A stretch of 64,000 bases of DNA. It comes from Macrostomum hystrix. Lineage: Eukaryota > Animalia > Platyhelminthes. Where the stretch lies: contig CATNEN010000018.1 in the NCBI GenBank assembly GCA_950097015.1, positions 62,001 to 126,000 on the forward strand, given 5' to 3'. The translations under genes were made by a program, and so were the position numbers. A model generated the notes under the pieces. It was given only the letters and a program-made list of their open reading frames with translations, was not told where the DNA came from and did not search any database. Shown here in pieces: positions 25,505 through 37,702 of the stretch (position 1 is the first letter of the stretch; every line of letters begins with the position of its first letter).

Positions 25505-26021
25505 CTCCTAGCCTCACTAAACCTCAGCACTGCCGCCTCCTCTCACCCTTCAGAGCCTCCCAGCCTCACTAAACCTCAGCACTGCCGCCTCCTCTCACCC
25601 TTCAGAGCCTCCCAGCCTCACTAAACCTCAGCACTGCCGCCTCCTCTCACCCTTCAGAGCCTCCCAGCCTCACTGAACCTCAGCACTGCCGCCTCCTCTC
25701 ACCCTTCAGAGCCTCCTAGCCTCACTAAACCTCAGCACTGCCGCCTCCTCTCACCCTTCAGAGCCTCTCAGCCTCAATGAACCTCAGCACTGCCGCCTCC
25801 TCTCACCCTTCAGAGCCTCCCAGCCTCACTGAAACTCAGCACTGCCGCTTCCTCTCACCCTTCAGAGCCTCCCAGCCTCACTGAAACTCAGCACTGCCGC
25901 CTCCTCTCACCCTTCAGAGCCTCCCAGCCTCACTGAAACTCAGCACTGCCGCCTCCTCTCACCCTTCAGAGCCTCCCAGCCTCACTGAACCTCAGCACTG
26001 CCGCCTCCTCTCACCCTTCAG
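25505..26021 (+). repeat. 52-bp tandem repeat (~10 copies), each unit containing a copy of the exon-2 splice acceptor
   Basis: Unit CCTCAGCACTGCCGCCTCCTCTCACCCTTCAG|AGCCTCCCAGCCTCACT(G/A)AA; only the last acceptor continues into the NTase ORF (AGCCGCACCC). Confidence 0.92.
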
Positions 26022-26371
26022 AGCCGCACCCAGCGACGCAGAGCTGAGCCAGCAGCTGCACTCCAAGCTCTCTCAGTCGGGATTCGTGGACTCCAGAGCC
26101 GCCTTGCAGATCGCTGTGGCTGACGTCTTGCAGGATGTCCTCAGGAAGAGATTGAACTATGACGACTGTTTCGCTGTGGGCAGCTTCTCTGAGGCCTGGG
26201 GCAACAGCCTGGTCTCTCTGGATGGCAGAACTGACATCGACTCTGACATCGATGTTATTGAGCTGATTCCAGGAAGGCCGATTCACCCGAGAGATGTGTG
26301 CGAGTGCGACCGAGTGGAGGCTGCTCAGACAGTGGAGCTCAGCAATGGCCACATCCTGAGCTCCGGATTCG
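26022..26371 (+). CDS. Exon 2 of copy 1: cGAS/Mab-21-like NTase N-lobe with GS and DxD motifs
   Basis: [37 protein letters not shown]...[12 protein letters not shown]...DSDIDV. Confidence 0.85.
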
Positions 26372-27523
26372 GTGAGAATTTCCTGTCAGAGACTGTCGGG
26401 ATGGCTGGGACAAGAATTGAACATGAGTTTGGCTTGCTCATCTTCTTTGGCTTTCTAAAGCAAACAACAAACAAGGAAAGCAAACAAATGTTCAGTCCAG
26501 GTTTGAAATGCAGAGCCAGAGCAAGAAATTTCCCAGCAAAAATGTAAACCCTGATTTTTTTTTCGGCGCGCTTCCTCTGGGAACCAAACAGAGGCTTAGC
26601 GCTCCTCGCTCAGTGTACTTAGTGAATAGTGATGCTATATTATGTATTCATTGTACATCCTGATTTTTATAAGCCAAAATCTAATATCCTATATTCGCTA
26701 TAAACTGTTAGTTAACTAGCAATGTAAGCCCATTTTCGGTGAGCCCAGACGATTCAATCAAGTTTCTCTTTGTTTCTTAGGCTCGCAATGACTTTCACAG
26801 TCACAGGTGTGTAACAGTACAGTTTTTGAGGTGACCGCCCCAGTCCATGGACTGAACCGTTGTACACAGCTTTTGGAAGCGTCGTACAAACGCTACGGCT
26901 GGGCCATTGCAAATTTCGGTTATTTCTATTATATTATATTCTGTTGCCGCTTTTACAGAATTCGTTTTCTGTGATTCTGAAATTATGCCAATCAATGTCC
27001 ATTGATTGTCAACAATATTCCGAACAGCCTATTCTTACTAGCCATATAGTAGCTAGTTATCCAGTAGACAGGAAAATTATCCTAATTTATGTGGGCGGGA
27101 AAACCCCCGCCGCAGGAAAATCCCATCGAATTTCCAGTCCAGATTTGAATCTCGGCCTGAGGGAACGATGCTTGTCCAAGAGCTGGAATCATAACCTCGT
27201 ATTTATTCAGCTCAGCCAGCTGAAGGTTACAGTAGAAATTTGAGGGGGCTGGTGACTCCCCAGTACAAAGACTGAAGAGCTGTATACAGTACTCACAAAA
27301 TACTCATAAGAAACTAAAGAAGCAAGGAAGAATTGAAAATAATCGTGCACGTGCTCCCCTCCGTAGGGGGCAAAAGTTTCTAGTCTGCACTAAATTTTCA
27401 TATAAATCGCAGCTACAAACCATCTTTGCACAATTTTTTTATATTATCGAGAAATAGTTCTGTGTCTATTAACTTGAAATCTGATGGCATTTTGCATATT
27501 TCTTGCATTTCCGTTTTCTCCAG

Positions 27524-28970
27524 CTTCCAACCCAGCCTACACTGAAAATGGCTCAGCCCTAGACCGTCTGTGGACCGAGTCACCGCCCGCCGCCTCTGCC
27601 GCTACCCTCCCATCGCGCCGCTGCAGCCACCAAGAGTCTCCAACTCCAACATCCCCCAGTCCGTGCTGCAGTCGCTCCAGCGAGACATCACCTCTGCCTC
27701 ATGGCCCTGTCACGTGGTGCACGCAGCTCCTCCCGGAATGGGGGGCCAGCAGCTCCGAGTGAGCAGCAGCTTCCTGGAGAGGCGACTGCTGCGAAGTCTC
27801 AGCACTCTGCAAGGCCAGCTGTTCGTCATACTCAAGTGGCTGCTGAAGAAGAAAATCTCAAACGTCGGCTTCAAGTCCTATCACGCAAAGACCGTCACGT
27901 TCCGAATGCTGGAGGAGACACCTGCTGAGCAGTGGAAGCCGGAGAATCTCGTGAGTCTCACGACACGCTCGCTGCAGATTTTGCTTGACGGTGTGGAGAG
28001 CGGCTGCAGATCAGACACACCTGACGGTCGGATCCTGGAGCACTTCTTCCTGAGCGATGCCGCTGTGTACCTGAAAGGCTTGAAGTCGCCCACATCAGCT
28101 GAGAGAGTGAGCGAAGCGTTGAATCGGGCAGCCGGCGCATTGAGAGACGCCATGGCTGAGCTGCCTCAGCTGCTGCTGCAGTTCGAGGACAGTCTGCGAC
28201 CCGTCACCGACTCGGGCCGATTCCACTTCCACCCGTTCCTCATCCTGCCAGTTCTTCGGCTCACACCTGTACCAGAAGCCAAGACATGCGAGTTCCACGA
28301 GATCTACGACATCGTGAGAGAGTCGGTGCTTCGTCTGTCCGATGGAGACCGCAGCCCGCAGTCCCGAGAGAGTCTCGCAGAGCTGATCAACAAACTGCCA
28401 GACTGCGCCCGATCAGCGCGAGAGTCTCTCAGAGCGCTGGCCTGCCTGAAGTTCGGCGACAGACGCACTGCTAAAAAAGTTGTGAGCGACTGTGGGCCGT
28501 TCAGTGCGAGCATAGGCATCGATTGGTCAGCTGAGAGGTCGGCGAGTGAGGCCACTGCGGACTTTGTGTGGCAGCACCTGAGGAGCCGAGACTCCGCCTG
28601 GAAATTCTGCTTGGAGTTTGACGAGCGACCAAAGCTGCCGATTCAGCACGAAGTCTTTGCCGACTGCTTTCCCTGGCAGATGATGAACTACAGAACATAC
28701 TTCTACCTGAACTTTGACGCTCTGCTGCGGGCTCTTTGCAATGAGCTGACAGTAGCAGGAGACCGGAGCGATCAGGACTGGATCCGGGATGTGGCTCAGA
28801 GGGAGGATGCGGATGAGCAGGAGCTGCTGGTGGCTGCGGCGATCAGCGGAGATCTGGAGCTGCTGCGGCGGCTCCGCAGAAGAATCACTCACGAGCTGTG
28901 CCGGCTGCCAGGGTGGCTGCAGCAGAAGATTCAGAGGCTGAGCTGTCAAACTAAAACTTCAGGCCAGTGA
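27524..28970 (+). CDS. Exon 3 of copy 1 (frameshifted near its 5' end): Mab-21 C-lobe + helical extension
   Basis: [33 protein letters not shown]...[28 protein letters not shown] matches the Mab-21 motif (RLSFS..E..L...LK.L.K....SYHLKT..F...E..P...W...NL). Confidence 0.85.
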
Positions 28971-30968
28971 CTATCAAACTTCAGGCCAGTGACCATCGAA
29001 CTTCAGGCCAGTGACCATTGACCTTCAAGCCAGTGACCATTGAACTTCAAGCAAGTGACCATCGAACTTCAGGCCAGTGACCATTGACCTTCAAGCCAGT
29101 GACCATTGAACTTCAAGCCAGTGACCATCGAACTTCAGGCCAGTAACTAACAAACTTCAGACCAGTGACGATCGAACTCTAGGCTCGTGATTTGTGAGTA
29201 AGTCCTACCTCCTCAGGCCAGTGACCATCGAACTTCAAGCCAGTGACCATCGAACTTCATGCTCGTGCTTTGTGAGTGAGTCATGCCTCTTCAGGCCAGT
29301 GACCATCGAACTTCAGGCAAGTGACCATCGAACTTCAAGCCAGTGACCATCGAACTTCAGGCCAGTGACCATCGAACTTCTGGCACAGTGACCATCGAAC
29401 TTCAGGCTCGTGCTTTGTGAGTGAGTCCTACCTCCTCAGGCCAGTGACCATTGAACTTCAGGCCAGTGACCATCGAACTCAGGCCAGTGACCATCGAACT
29501 TCAGGCCAGTGACCATCGAACTTCTGGCACAGTGACTAACAAACTTCAGGCCAATGACCATCGAACTTCAGGCTCGTGCTTTGTGAGTGAGCCCTACCTC
29601 CTTAGGCCAGTGACCATCGAGCTTCAGGCCAGTGACCATAAAACTTCAGGCTGTGACCATCGAACTTCAGGCCAGTGACCATCGAACTTCAGGCTCGTGC
29701 TTCGTGAGTGAGTCCTACCTCCTCAGGCCAGTGACCATCGAAATTCAGGCCAGTGACCATCGAACTTCGGGCAAGTGACCATCAAAATCAGGCCAGTGAC
29801 CATTTAACTTCAGGCTCGTGCTTTGTGAGTGAGTCCTACCTCCTCAGGCCAGTGACCATCGAACTTCAGGCCCGTGACCATCAAACTTCAGTCTCGTGCT
29901 TTGTGAGTGAGTCCTACCTCCTCAGGCCAGTGACCATCGAACTTCAGGCCCGTGACCATTGAACTTCAGGCCAGTGACCATCGAACTTCAGGCCAGTGAC
30001 CATCGAACTTCAGGCCAGTGACCATCGAACTTCAGGCCAGTGACCATCGAACTCAGGCCAGTGACCATCGAGCTTCAGGCCAGTGACCATAAAACTTCAG
30101 GCTGTGACCATCGAACTTCAGGCCAGTGACCATCGAACTTCAGGCTCGTGCTTCGTGAGTGAGTCCTACCTCCTCAGGCCAGTGACCATCGAAATTCAGG
30201 CCAGTGACCATCGAACTTCGGGCCAGTGACCATCAAAATCAGGCCAGTGACCATTTAACTTCAGGCTCGTGCTTTGTGAGTGAGTCCTACCTCCTCAGGC
30301 CAGTGACCATCGAACTTCAGGCCCGTGACCATCAAACTTCAGTCTCGTGCTTTGTGAGTGAGTCCTACATCCTCAGGCCAGTGACCATTGAACTTCAGGC
30401 CAGTGACCATCGAACTCAGGCCAGTGACCATCGAACTTCTGGCACAGTAACTAATAAACTTCAGGCCAATGACCATCGAACTTCAGGCTCGTGCTTTGTG
30501 AGTGAGTCCTACATCCTCAGGCCAGTGACCATCGAGCTTCAGGCCAGTGACCATCGAACTTCAGGCCAGTGACTTTCGAACTTCAGGCCAGTGTCTATCG
30601 AACTTCAGGCTCGTGCTTTGTGAGTGAGTCGCACCTGCTCAGGCAAGTGACCATCGAACTTCAGGCCAGTGACCATCGAACTGAAGGACAGTGACTATCG
30701 AACTTCAGGCCAGTGACCATCGAACTTCAGGCCAGTGACTTTAGAACTTCAGGCCAGTGTCTATCGAACTTCAGGCCAGTGACGATTGAACTTCAGGCTC
30801 GTGCTTTGTGAGTGAGTCCTACCTCCTCAGGCCAGTGACCATCGAACTTCAGGCTCGTGCTTTGTGAGTGAGTCCTACATCCTCAGGCCAGTGACCATTG
30901 AACTTCAGGCCAGTGACCATCGAACTCATGCCAGTGACCATCGAACTTCAGGCCAGTGACCGTCGAAC
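28962..30968 (+). repeat. 22-bp satellite (GTGAC(C/T)ATCGAACTTCAGGCCA)n with interspersed ~34-bp variant insert, 2.0 kb
   Basis: Directly visible; starts inside the last codons of copy-1 exon 3. Confidence 0.96.
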
Positions 30969-30971
30969 CGG

Positions 30972-31265
30972 CCGATGGAGACAGAGAGAATGGCAGATGG
31001 AGACAGAGAGAATGGCAGATGGAGACAGAGAGAATGGCAGATGGAGACAGAGAGAATGGCAGATGGAGACAGAGAGAATGGCAGATGGAGACAGAGAGAA
31101 TGGCAGATGGAGACAGAGAATGGCAGATGGAGACAGAGAGAATGGCAGATGGAGACAGAATGGCAGATGGAGACAGAGAGAATGGCAGATGGAGACAGAG
31201 AATGGCAGATGGAGACAGAATGGCAGATGGAGACAGAGAGAATGGCAGATGCAGACAGAGAATGG
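30972..31265. repeat. 20-22-bp GA-rich repeat (GGAGACAGAGAGAATGGCAGAT)n
   Basis: Directly visible; paralogue at 56220-56575. Confidence 0.95.
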
Positions 31266-31986
31266 GAGGGCACAGCAGCAGCTGAGCACAATGCCAGTTA
31301 ATTAAGGAGGCCGCGGTTGCGGCAAAAGCCAGTTCAAACTGCAGGGCCAAGCTGAGCTGCCGTACTCACATCCATCCCTCCCTCCGCCCTCCGCTCTGAG
31401 CAGGACTCGCGATTTCTGTACAATCCGCAGCCTCTCCTGATGGCCCCTCCGAGCACCGAGGCGAAGGCAAAGGCATCTCGGGCCCGCCTTCTCCGACACA
31501 ATGGGCCTGTGGGACTCACCCACCTCCCTCCGCTCCGATGAGGCTGAACCGCAGTCTCTCCGCTTCTGTCCTCTCCTCTCCTCTTTATTCCCTGCTGTGA
31601 GTGCTCGACTTTAAGGGCTGGAGGGGGTCACCGCCCGATGTGAAGCAGGCCAGATTCTGCTCAGCATCGAGTTGAGCACGGTACTGTCTGAACACAATTA
31701 TCCAGAGAGGCTGTAACTAAGGGGCAGCCACCCCACTCCCAGACAGAGGCATTGTGCTGAGGGGTTTATCTGAGCACAGTGAGCCTTCACAGCTTCACAA
31801 ACTGCGGCCTTAGCAGTAGACAGGCAGGCTGAGATGGGTTGAGAAGAATGGATGAGCCGCTGCTGAGTTCATGATTTTATGAGTTTGAGAACAGTCGGAG
31901 ACTGCCTGCCTGCCTGTGCCAAAGCTTGTTAAGTGCTGTAGAATGCTGTGTGTGCTGATGATGAGGGGAACAATCTTCAATAAATT

Positions 31987-32290
31987 TTACAACCCCGAAT
32001 CCACAACCCTGAATCCACAACCCTGACTCCACAACCCTGAATCCACAACCCTGAATCCACAACCCTGAATCCACAACCCTGACTCCACAACCCTGAATCC
32101 ACAACCCTGAATCCACAACCCTGAATCCACAACCCTGAATCCACAACCCTGAATCCACAGCCCTGAATCCACAACCCTAAATCCACGGCCCTGAATCCAC
32201 AGCCCTGAATCCACAGCCCTGAATACAGAACCCTGAATCCACAACCCTGAATCCACAACCCTGAATCCACAACCCTGAATACAGAACCTA
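31987..32290. repeat. 14-bp repeat (CCACAACCCTGAAT)n
   Basis: Directly visible; paralogue at 57296-57735. Confidence 0.95.
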
Positions 32291-33751
32291 AATGAACATA
32301 CAAAACATAGAAATTAAAATCTTTTATTTTAATCCCTTATCCCAGATCCCGAATCCTGAAGTCTGAATACTCAACAGCTTTCTTATTCCTTACCAAATAT
32401 GCTCAAATGCTCAACCATTCAACTGAAGCCTGTTCCTGAATCAAAAAAGATCCCAAACCTCGTGACCCATCTCGAATGGGATTTGTTTAACAGGTTTATT
32501 CGCAGATTTATCAGAAAATTGCTTTCAGCAGCTGTTATCACCTGACCAAATAGCACTGGCTTATTTGCAATGTATTTTATGTCTATGGCTAAACCTATCT
32601 AAGCAGTGTGATTTTCTCTTCACTGTCCGTCCATGCTTCAGCTCATGCGGCTGCTTAAATGTTAATTAAACTGGCTGCTAACATTTGAGCAGTGTTGCTT
32701 TTTTTATTTCAAGCAGTCTTTTCAGAAGTTGCTGATCTTTACAAGGCCAATGATTTTAGTTTTGTTTTGTCATTGGCACAGCAGCTGCTATTGTTCAGTG
32801 AGCACCGCTACACTTGTCTCAAAGGGCAATTCTGAGCACACTGTGAGCAGTCTCAGCTGCAGCCACCCCAGCCTCCTCAGATGCGGTTCAGGAGAGCCTT
32901 TGAAAAAGCATTCTCAAGCAGACAATGAGTTGAGCACAGCTTAAATATATTCAGTTGTTAATGTATCAAGTTGTTAATAAAATATATAATTATATCAATT
33001 TGAATACTGTTGTTATCTAATTTAAATGCCATATTCACCATGAGGCTCAAGTATGCTCAAGTATGCTCAAGTATGCTCAAGTATGCTCACTTCTTAACAA
33101 TGTTACAGTAAGAATTTGCTTTGTATTTTTTATTTGAATTCAAACGATTAACTTTGATATGGTGAATTTATCTTGCATGCTTTCATTCTACGCTTGTAAT
33201 ATGTAAGTCTGCTGTTTCTGTGTGAGTATTCTCATCCAGCAGGGTGGGCTGCAGTTTTGTTGTTGTGCATAAGTGGCAGGTTGGCATGCAAGACAAGCTC
33301 ATAGACTGCAGGTTTGGGTGAGCATTGCTTGCGTTAGATCGCTTTGGACAGACTGGAGTCTATTCTCAATCCAGCCTCTTCCTTCCCCTACTCTCGTCTC
33401 CGCGCAGTCCATTCCAGTCCCCGTGTTGGTCTCGGTTGCCAAGGGCCGCATATCGACCTCCTCCCTCCAGCAGGTTTGAGCAGTTTTGCACTCGGCCTGG
33501 AGCTCTCAGCGTGGCCCGCCTGACTGGCGCCATTTGGCTGCGTTTTTACCTGCGGGAGGGTCTCATTGCTGTGCTGGGTTGGCGCCCAGATACTGAGTGT
33601 GCTCAAGTTAATTACAGCCTCAATTTCTGCTCACAGCTGGTTAATTTTTCTGTCTCTCTTCAGCTACTGTTTTGAGCTCCTTTTTGAGGCCTGACTCAAC
33701 ATTCTCTCTGCTGTGCTGATGCTTTAGGATTGCAAAATTGAATTCTGGGAT

Positions 33752-35862
33752 GTGAGGGGAGAAACAGACAGAGGTGAGGGGAGAAACAGACAGAGGTGAG
33801 GGGAGAAACAGACAGAGGTGAGGGGAGAAACAGACAGAGATGAGGGGAGAAACAGACAGAGGTGAGGGGAGAAACAGACAGAGGTGAGGGGAGAAACAGA
33901 CAGAGGTGAGGGGAGAAACAGACAGAGGTGAGGGGGAGAAACAGACAGAGGTGAGGGGGAGAAACAGACAGAGATAAGGGGAGAAACAGACAGAGGTGAG
34001 GGGAGAAACAGACAGAGGTGAGGGGAGAAACAGACAGAGGTGAGGGGAGAAACAGACAGATGTGAGGGGAGAAACAGACAGAGATGAGGGGAGAAACAGA
34101 CAGAGATGAGGGGAGAAACAGACAGAGGTGAGGGGAGAAACAGACAGAGGTGAGGGGAGAAACAGACAGAGGTGAGGGGAGAAACAGACAGAGGTGAGGG
34201 GAGAAACAGACAGAGATGAGGGGAGAAACAGACAGAGATAAGGGGAGAAACAGACAGAGGTGATGGGAGAAACAGACAGAGATGAGGGGAGAAACAGACA
34301 GAGATGAGGGGAGAAACAGACAGAGGTGAGGAGGAGAAACAGACAGAGGTGAGGGGGAGAAACAGACAGACGTGATGGGGAGAAACAGACAGAGGTGAGG
34401 GGGAGAAACAGACAGACGTGAGGGGGGAGAAACAGACAGAGGTGAGGGGGAGAAACAGACAGAGGTGAGGGGGAGAAACAGACAGACGTGAGGGGGGAGA
34501 AACAGACAGAGGTGAGGGGGAGAAACAGACAGAGGCGAGGGGGAGAAACAGACAGACGTGAGGGGGGAGAAACAGACAGAGGTGAGGGGGAGAAACAGAC
34601 AGAGGTGAGGGGGAGAAACAGACAGAGGTGAGGGGGAGAAACAGAGAGAGGTGAGGGGAGAAACAGACAGAGGTGAGGGAAGAAACAGACAGACGTGATG
34701 GGGAGAAACAGACAGAGGTGAGGGGGAGAAACAGACAGACGTGAGGGGGGAGAAACAGACAGAGGTGAGGGGGAGAAACAGACAGAGGTGAGGGGGAGAA
34801 ACAGACAGACGTGAGGGGGGAGAAACAGACAGAGGTGAGGGGGAGAAACAGACAGAGGTGAGGGGGAGAAACAGACAGACGTGAGGGGGGAGAAACAGAC
34901 AGAGGTGAGGGGGAGAAACAGACAGAGGTGAGGGGGAGAAACAGACAGAGGTGAGGGGGAGAAACAGAGAGAGGTGAGGGGAGAAACAGACAGGTGAGGG
35001 AAGAAACAGACAGAGGTGAGGGGGAGAAACAGACAGAGGTGAGGGGAGAAACAGACAGAGGTGAGGGGAGAAACAGACAGAGGTGAGGGGGAGAAACAGA
35101 CAGAGGTGAGGGGAGAAACAGACAGAGGTGAGGGGAGAAACAGACAGAGATGAGGGGAGAAACAGACAGAGATAAGGGGAGAAACAGACAGAGGTGATGG
35201 GAGAAACAGACAGAGATGAGGGGAGAAACAGACAGAGAAGAGGGGAGAAACAGACAGAGGTGAGGAGGAGAAACAGACAGAGGTGAGGGGGAGAAACAGA
35301 CAGACGTGATGGGGAGAAACAGACAGAGGTGAGGGGGAGAAACAGACAGACGTGAGGGGGGAGAAACAGACAGAGGTGAGGGGGAGAAACAGACAGAGGT
35401 GAGGGGAGAAACAGACAGAGGTGAGGGGGAGAAACAGACAGAGGTGAGGGGAGAAACAGACAGAGGTGAGGGGAGAAACAGACAGAGGTGAGGGGGGAGA
35501 AACAGACAGAGGTGAGGGGGGAGAAACAGACAGAGGACAGACAGATATGAGGGGGAGAAACAGACAAAGGTGAGGGGGGAGAAACAGACAGAGGACAGAC
35601 AGATATGAGGGGGAGAAACAGACAGAGGTGAGGGGAGAAACAGACAGAGGTGAGGGGGAGAAACAGACAGACGTGAGGGGGGAGAAACAGACAGAGGTGA
35701 GGGGGAGAAACAGACAGATATGAGGGGGAGAAACAGACGGAGGTGAGGGGAGAAACAGACAGAGGTGAGGGGGAGAAACAGACAGATATGAGGGGGAGAA
35801 ACAGACAGAGGTGAGGGGAGAAATAGACAGAGGTGAGGGGGAGAAACAGACAGACGTGAGGA
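33752..35862. repeat. 22-25-bp purine-rich minisatellite (GTGAGGGG(G)AGAAACAGACAGAG)n, 2.1 kb
   Basis: Directly visible, variable G-run; paralogue at 59198-61805. Confidence 0.96.
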
Positions 35863-36794
35863 CAGAAGCAGACAGAAAGCAGTGAGCAAAAAGGCGGGGA
35901 AAAGGTGAGAAAAAGCCATTAGTTTTGTTTGAGCACTCGATATTTTTTTGACTTGCAGCCTCAGAAATTATGGGGGGGGCAGGTCACCACCAAAAAGCAG
36001 ACTGGATTCTGCTCACATCGAGTTGAGCATGGCCCTGTCTGAGCACAATTAATCAGAGAGGCTGTAACTAATGGGTCAGCCACCCCACTCCCATCCAGAG
36101 GCATTGTGCTGAGGGTTTTCCGAGCACAATGAGCAGTCACAGCTTCTGAAACTGCGGCCTGGGCAAGAGACACTAACTGAGTTGGTCTGAGAATAAGTTA
36201 TGTATTTTATGAGTTTGAGAACATTCAAAGCTATTGTTTAGAGAGCCGCCGCTTCCTACCAGAGACCCTGTGCTCAAGGGGCTTCTGAGCACACTCAGTG
36301 CATTCTGTGGCATAGAAGCCGTGTTGCAAGCCGAGAAAAAGCGGCAGAATTTTATTAGCAGACACCGAGTTGAGCACAATTGAGTCACTGAACTCACTGA
36401 ATTAAAGGGCCTTAGCAACACAATGAAGCTGAGACAGAGCTAAACTGGCTGCTCATTGTATGGGGTGCACTGGCTCTGAGCATGGTCCGCAGTTTCTGTA
36501 CAATTCGCAGCCTCTCCTGACGGCCCTCCCCGCTCGGAGGCGAAGGCGCTGAGCCCGTGGCAGCAGCGGCCGCTCGCACGCTGCCTCGCAGACTCCAGCT
36601 CGGGCCTGCCTTCTTCGACACAATGGGCCTGTGCGACTCACCCACCTCCCTCCGCTGTGATGAGGCTGCAGCTGCAGCCGTTCACAGACTCCACTCCTCT
36701 GCTCTCTATTCTCTGCTTTGACTGCTCGATTTGAGAATGGTCTCACATTGGATAAGCTGTGCAGGTGCATTTCCACCACAACTTCAGATTGATA

Positions 36795-37140
36795 GATGAG
36801 GGGAGAAACAGACAGAGGTGAGGGGAGAAACAGACAGAGATGGGAGGAGAAACAGACAGAGGTGAGGGGAGAAACAGACAGATGTGAGGGGGAGAAACAG
36901 ACAGACGTGAGGGTGGAGAAACAGACAGAGATGAGGGGAGAAACAGACAGAAATGAGGGGAGAAACAGACAGAGGTGAGGGAGAAACAGACAGAGATGAG
37001 GGGAGAAACAGACAGAAATGAGGTGAGAAACAGACAGAGATGAGGGGAGAAACAGACAGAGATGAGGGGAGAAACAGACAGAAATGAGTGGAGCAACAGA
37101 CAGAGGTGAGGGAGAAACAGACAGAGATGAGGGGAGAAAA
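36795..37140. repeat. Second block of the GAAACAGACAGAG minisatellite
   Basis: Same unit as 33752-35862; paralogue at 62726-63070. Confidence 0.94.
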
Positions 37141-37702
37141 GAAAAGCATGCAGAGGAGAATCTTAGAAAAGACTCAATTGTGTTGTTGCCAGGCCAATAG
37201 AAATTTCTGTGCTCACTAAAAGTTTTCTTTTGCTCTCGCAGCCTCAGAAAATTTCAGTTTCACAGCACAATTATTCGGAGGCTATATGATCACTTCACTT
37301 CCATGAGGCTATATGGAAAAATTTGATCACTTTGAGTACAGTTGGTGAGTGCCTGCCTGCCCCCAGTCCGCTGCGCTTCTAATTAGGGTCTGGTGACCCC
37401 CAGTCCATGGACTGAACAGCTGACAGCAGACTTTGGAAGTCGCTGGCTGCACATGTAGCCCATCTAGACTGGGTGTCTTCTCCATCTGCTCAAATCAGGA
37501 TGCCAAAAAACTGTCTAAACCTCGCGGCAGTTGATGAAAAGTTAGTGAACTGAGTCAGCTTCACTTCACTGTGTCTCAAATTTGATCCCAAATCCCGTTT
37601 CTGAACGGCAAACAAAAGCCGGCTAATCCGGAAACTCCGATAGCTGAACAGCTAACAGATTCCGAATCAGAACTCGATCTTACAGCTGGGCGAGAAACCG
37701 AG

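Larger units (their letters stand above)
23292..28970 (+). pseudogene. Ankyrin-repeat / Mab-21 (cGAS-like) fusion gene, copy 1: join(23292..24967, 26022..26371, 27524..28970), 1-bp deletion at 27560/27561
   Basis: Same exon structure as copy 2 (phase 2 AG|GTAGGA...TTCAG|A; phase 1 G|GTGAGA...CTCCAG|CT). The summed exons (3473 nt) are not a multiple of 3. GCCCT-AGACCG versus GCCCTGAGACCG in copy 2 shifts the frame early in exon 3. Could be a sequencing error. Confidence 0.75.

Noticed and set aside
25505-26021. 52-bp, 47-bp and 22+34-bp arrays as CRISPR-like arrays
   Set aside because: Units are contiguous tandem copies without unique spacers, there are no cas genes, and the context is eukaryotic with spliceosomal introns.
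26372-26547. C-terminal part of the 153-aa ORF ([12 protein letters not shown]...FPAKM; also 44916-45091)
   Set aside because: Read-through into intron 2 past the G|GTGAGA donor; the phase-matched exon 3 supplies the real continuation.
31987-32290. CCCTGAAT/CCCTAAAT units as interstitial telomeric repeats
   Set aside because: No (TTAGGG)n or (TTAGG)n runs; the period is 14 bp.
33696-35919. 600-980-aa LSVSPPHLCLF ORFs (also 59142-62103) and GSGLWVQDCGF / SGLWIQGCGF ORFs
   Set aside because: Translations of GA-rich and 14-bp minisatellites with variable unit length and copy number between paralogues.
35961-36421. Cys-rich PAN-like peptides (SLINCAQTGPCSTRCEQNPVC) on the minus strand
   Set aside because: Paralogous modules at ~31650 and ~38570 have TGA in this frame and frameshifting indels; the Cys/Ala/Gln content is a by-product of TGCTCA/TGAGCA motifs. 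A selenocysteine reading was not supported.
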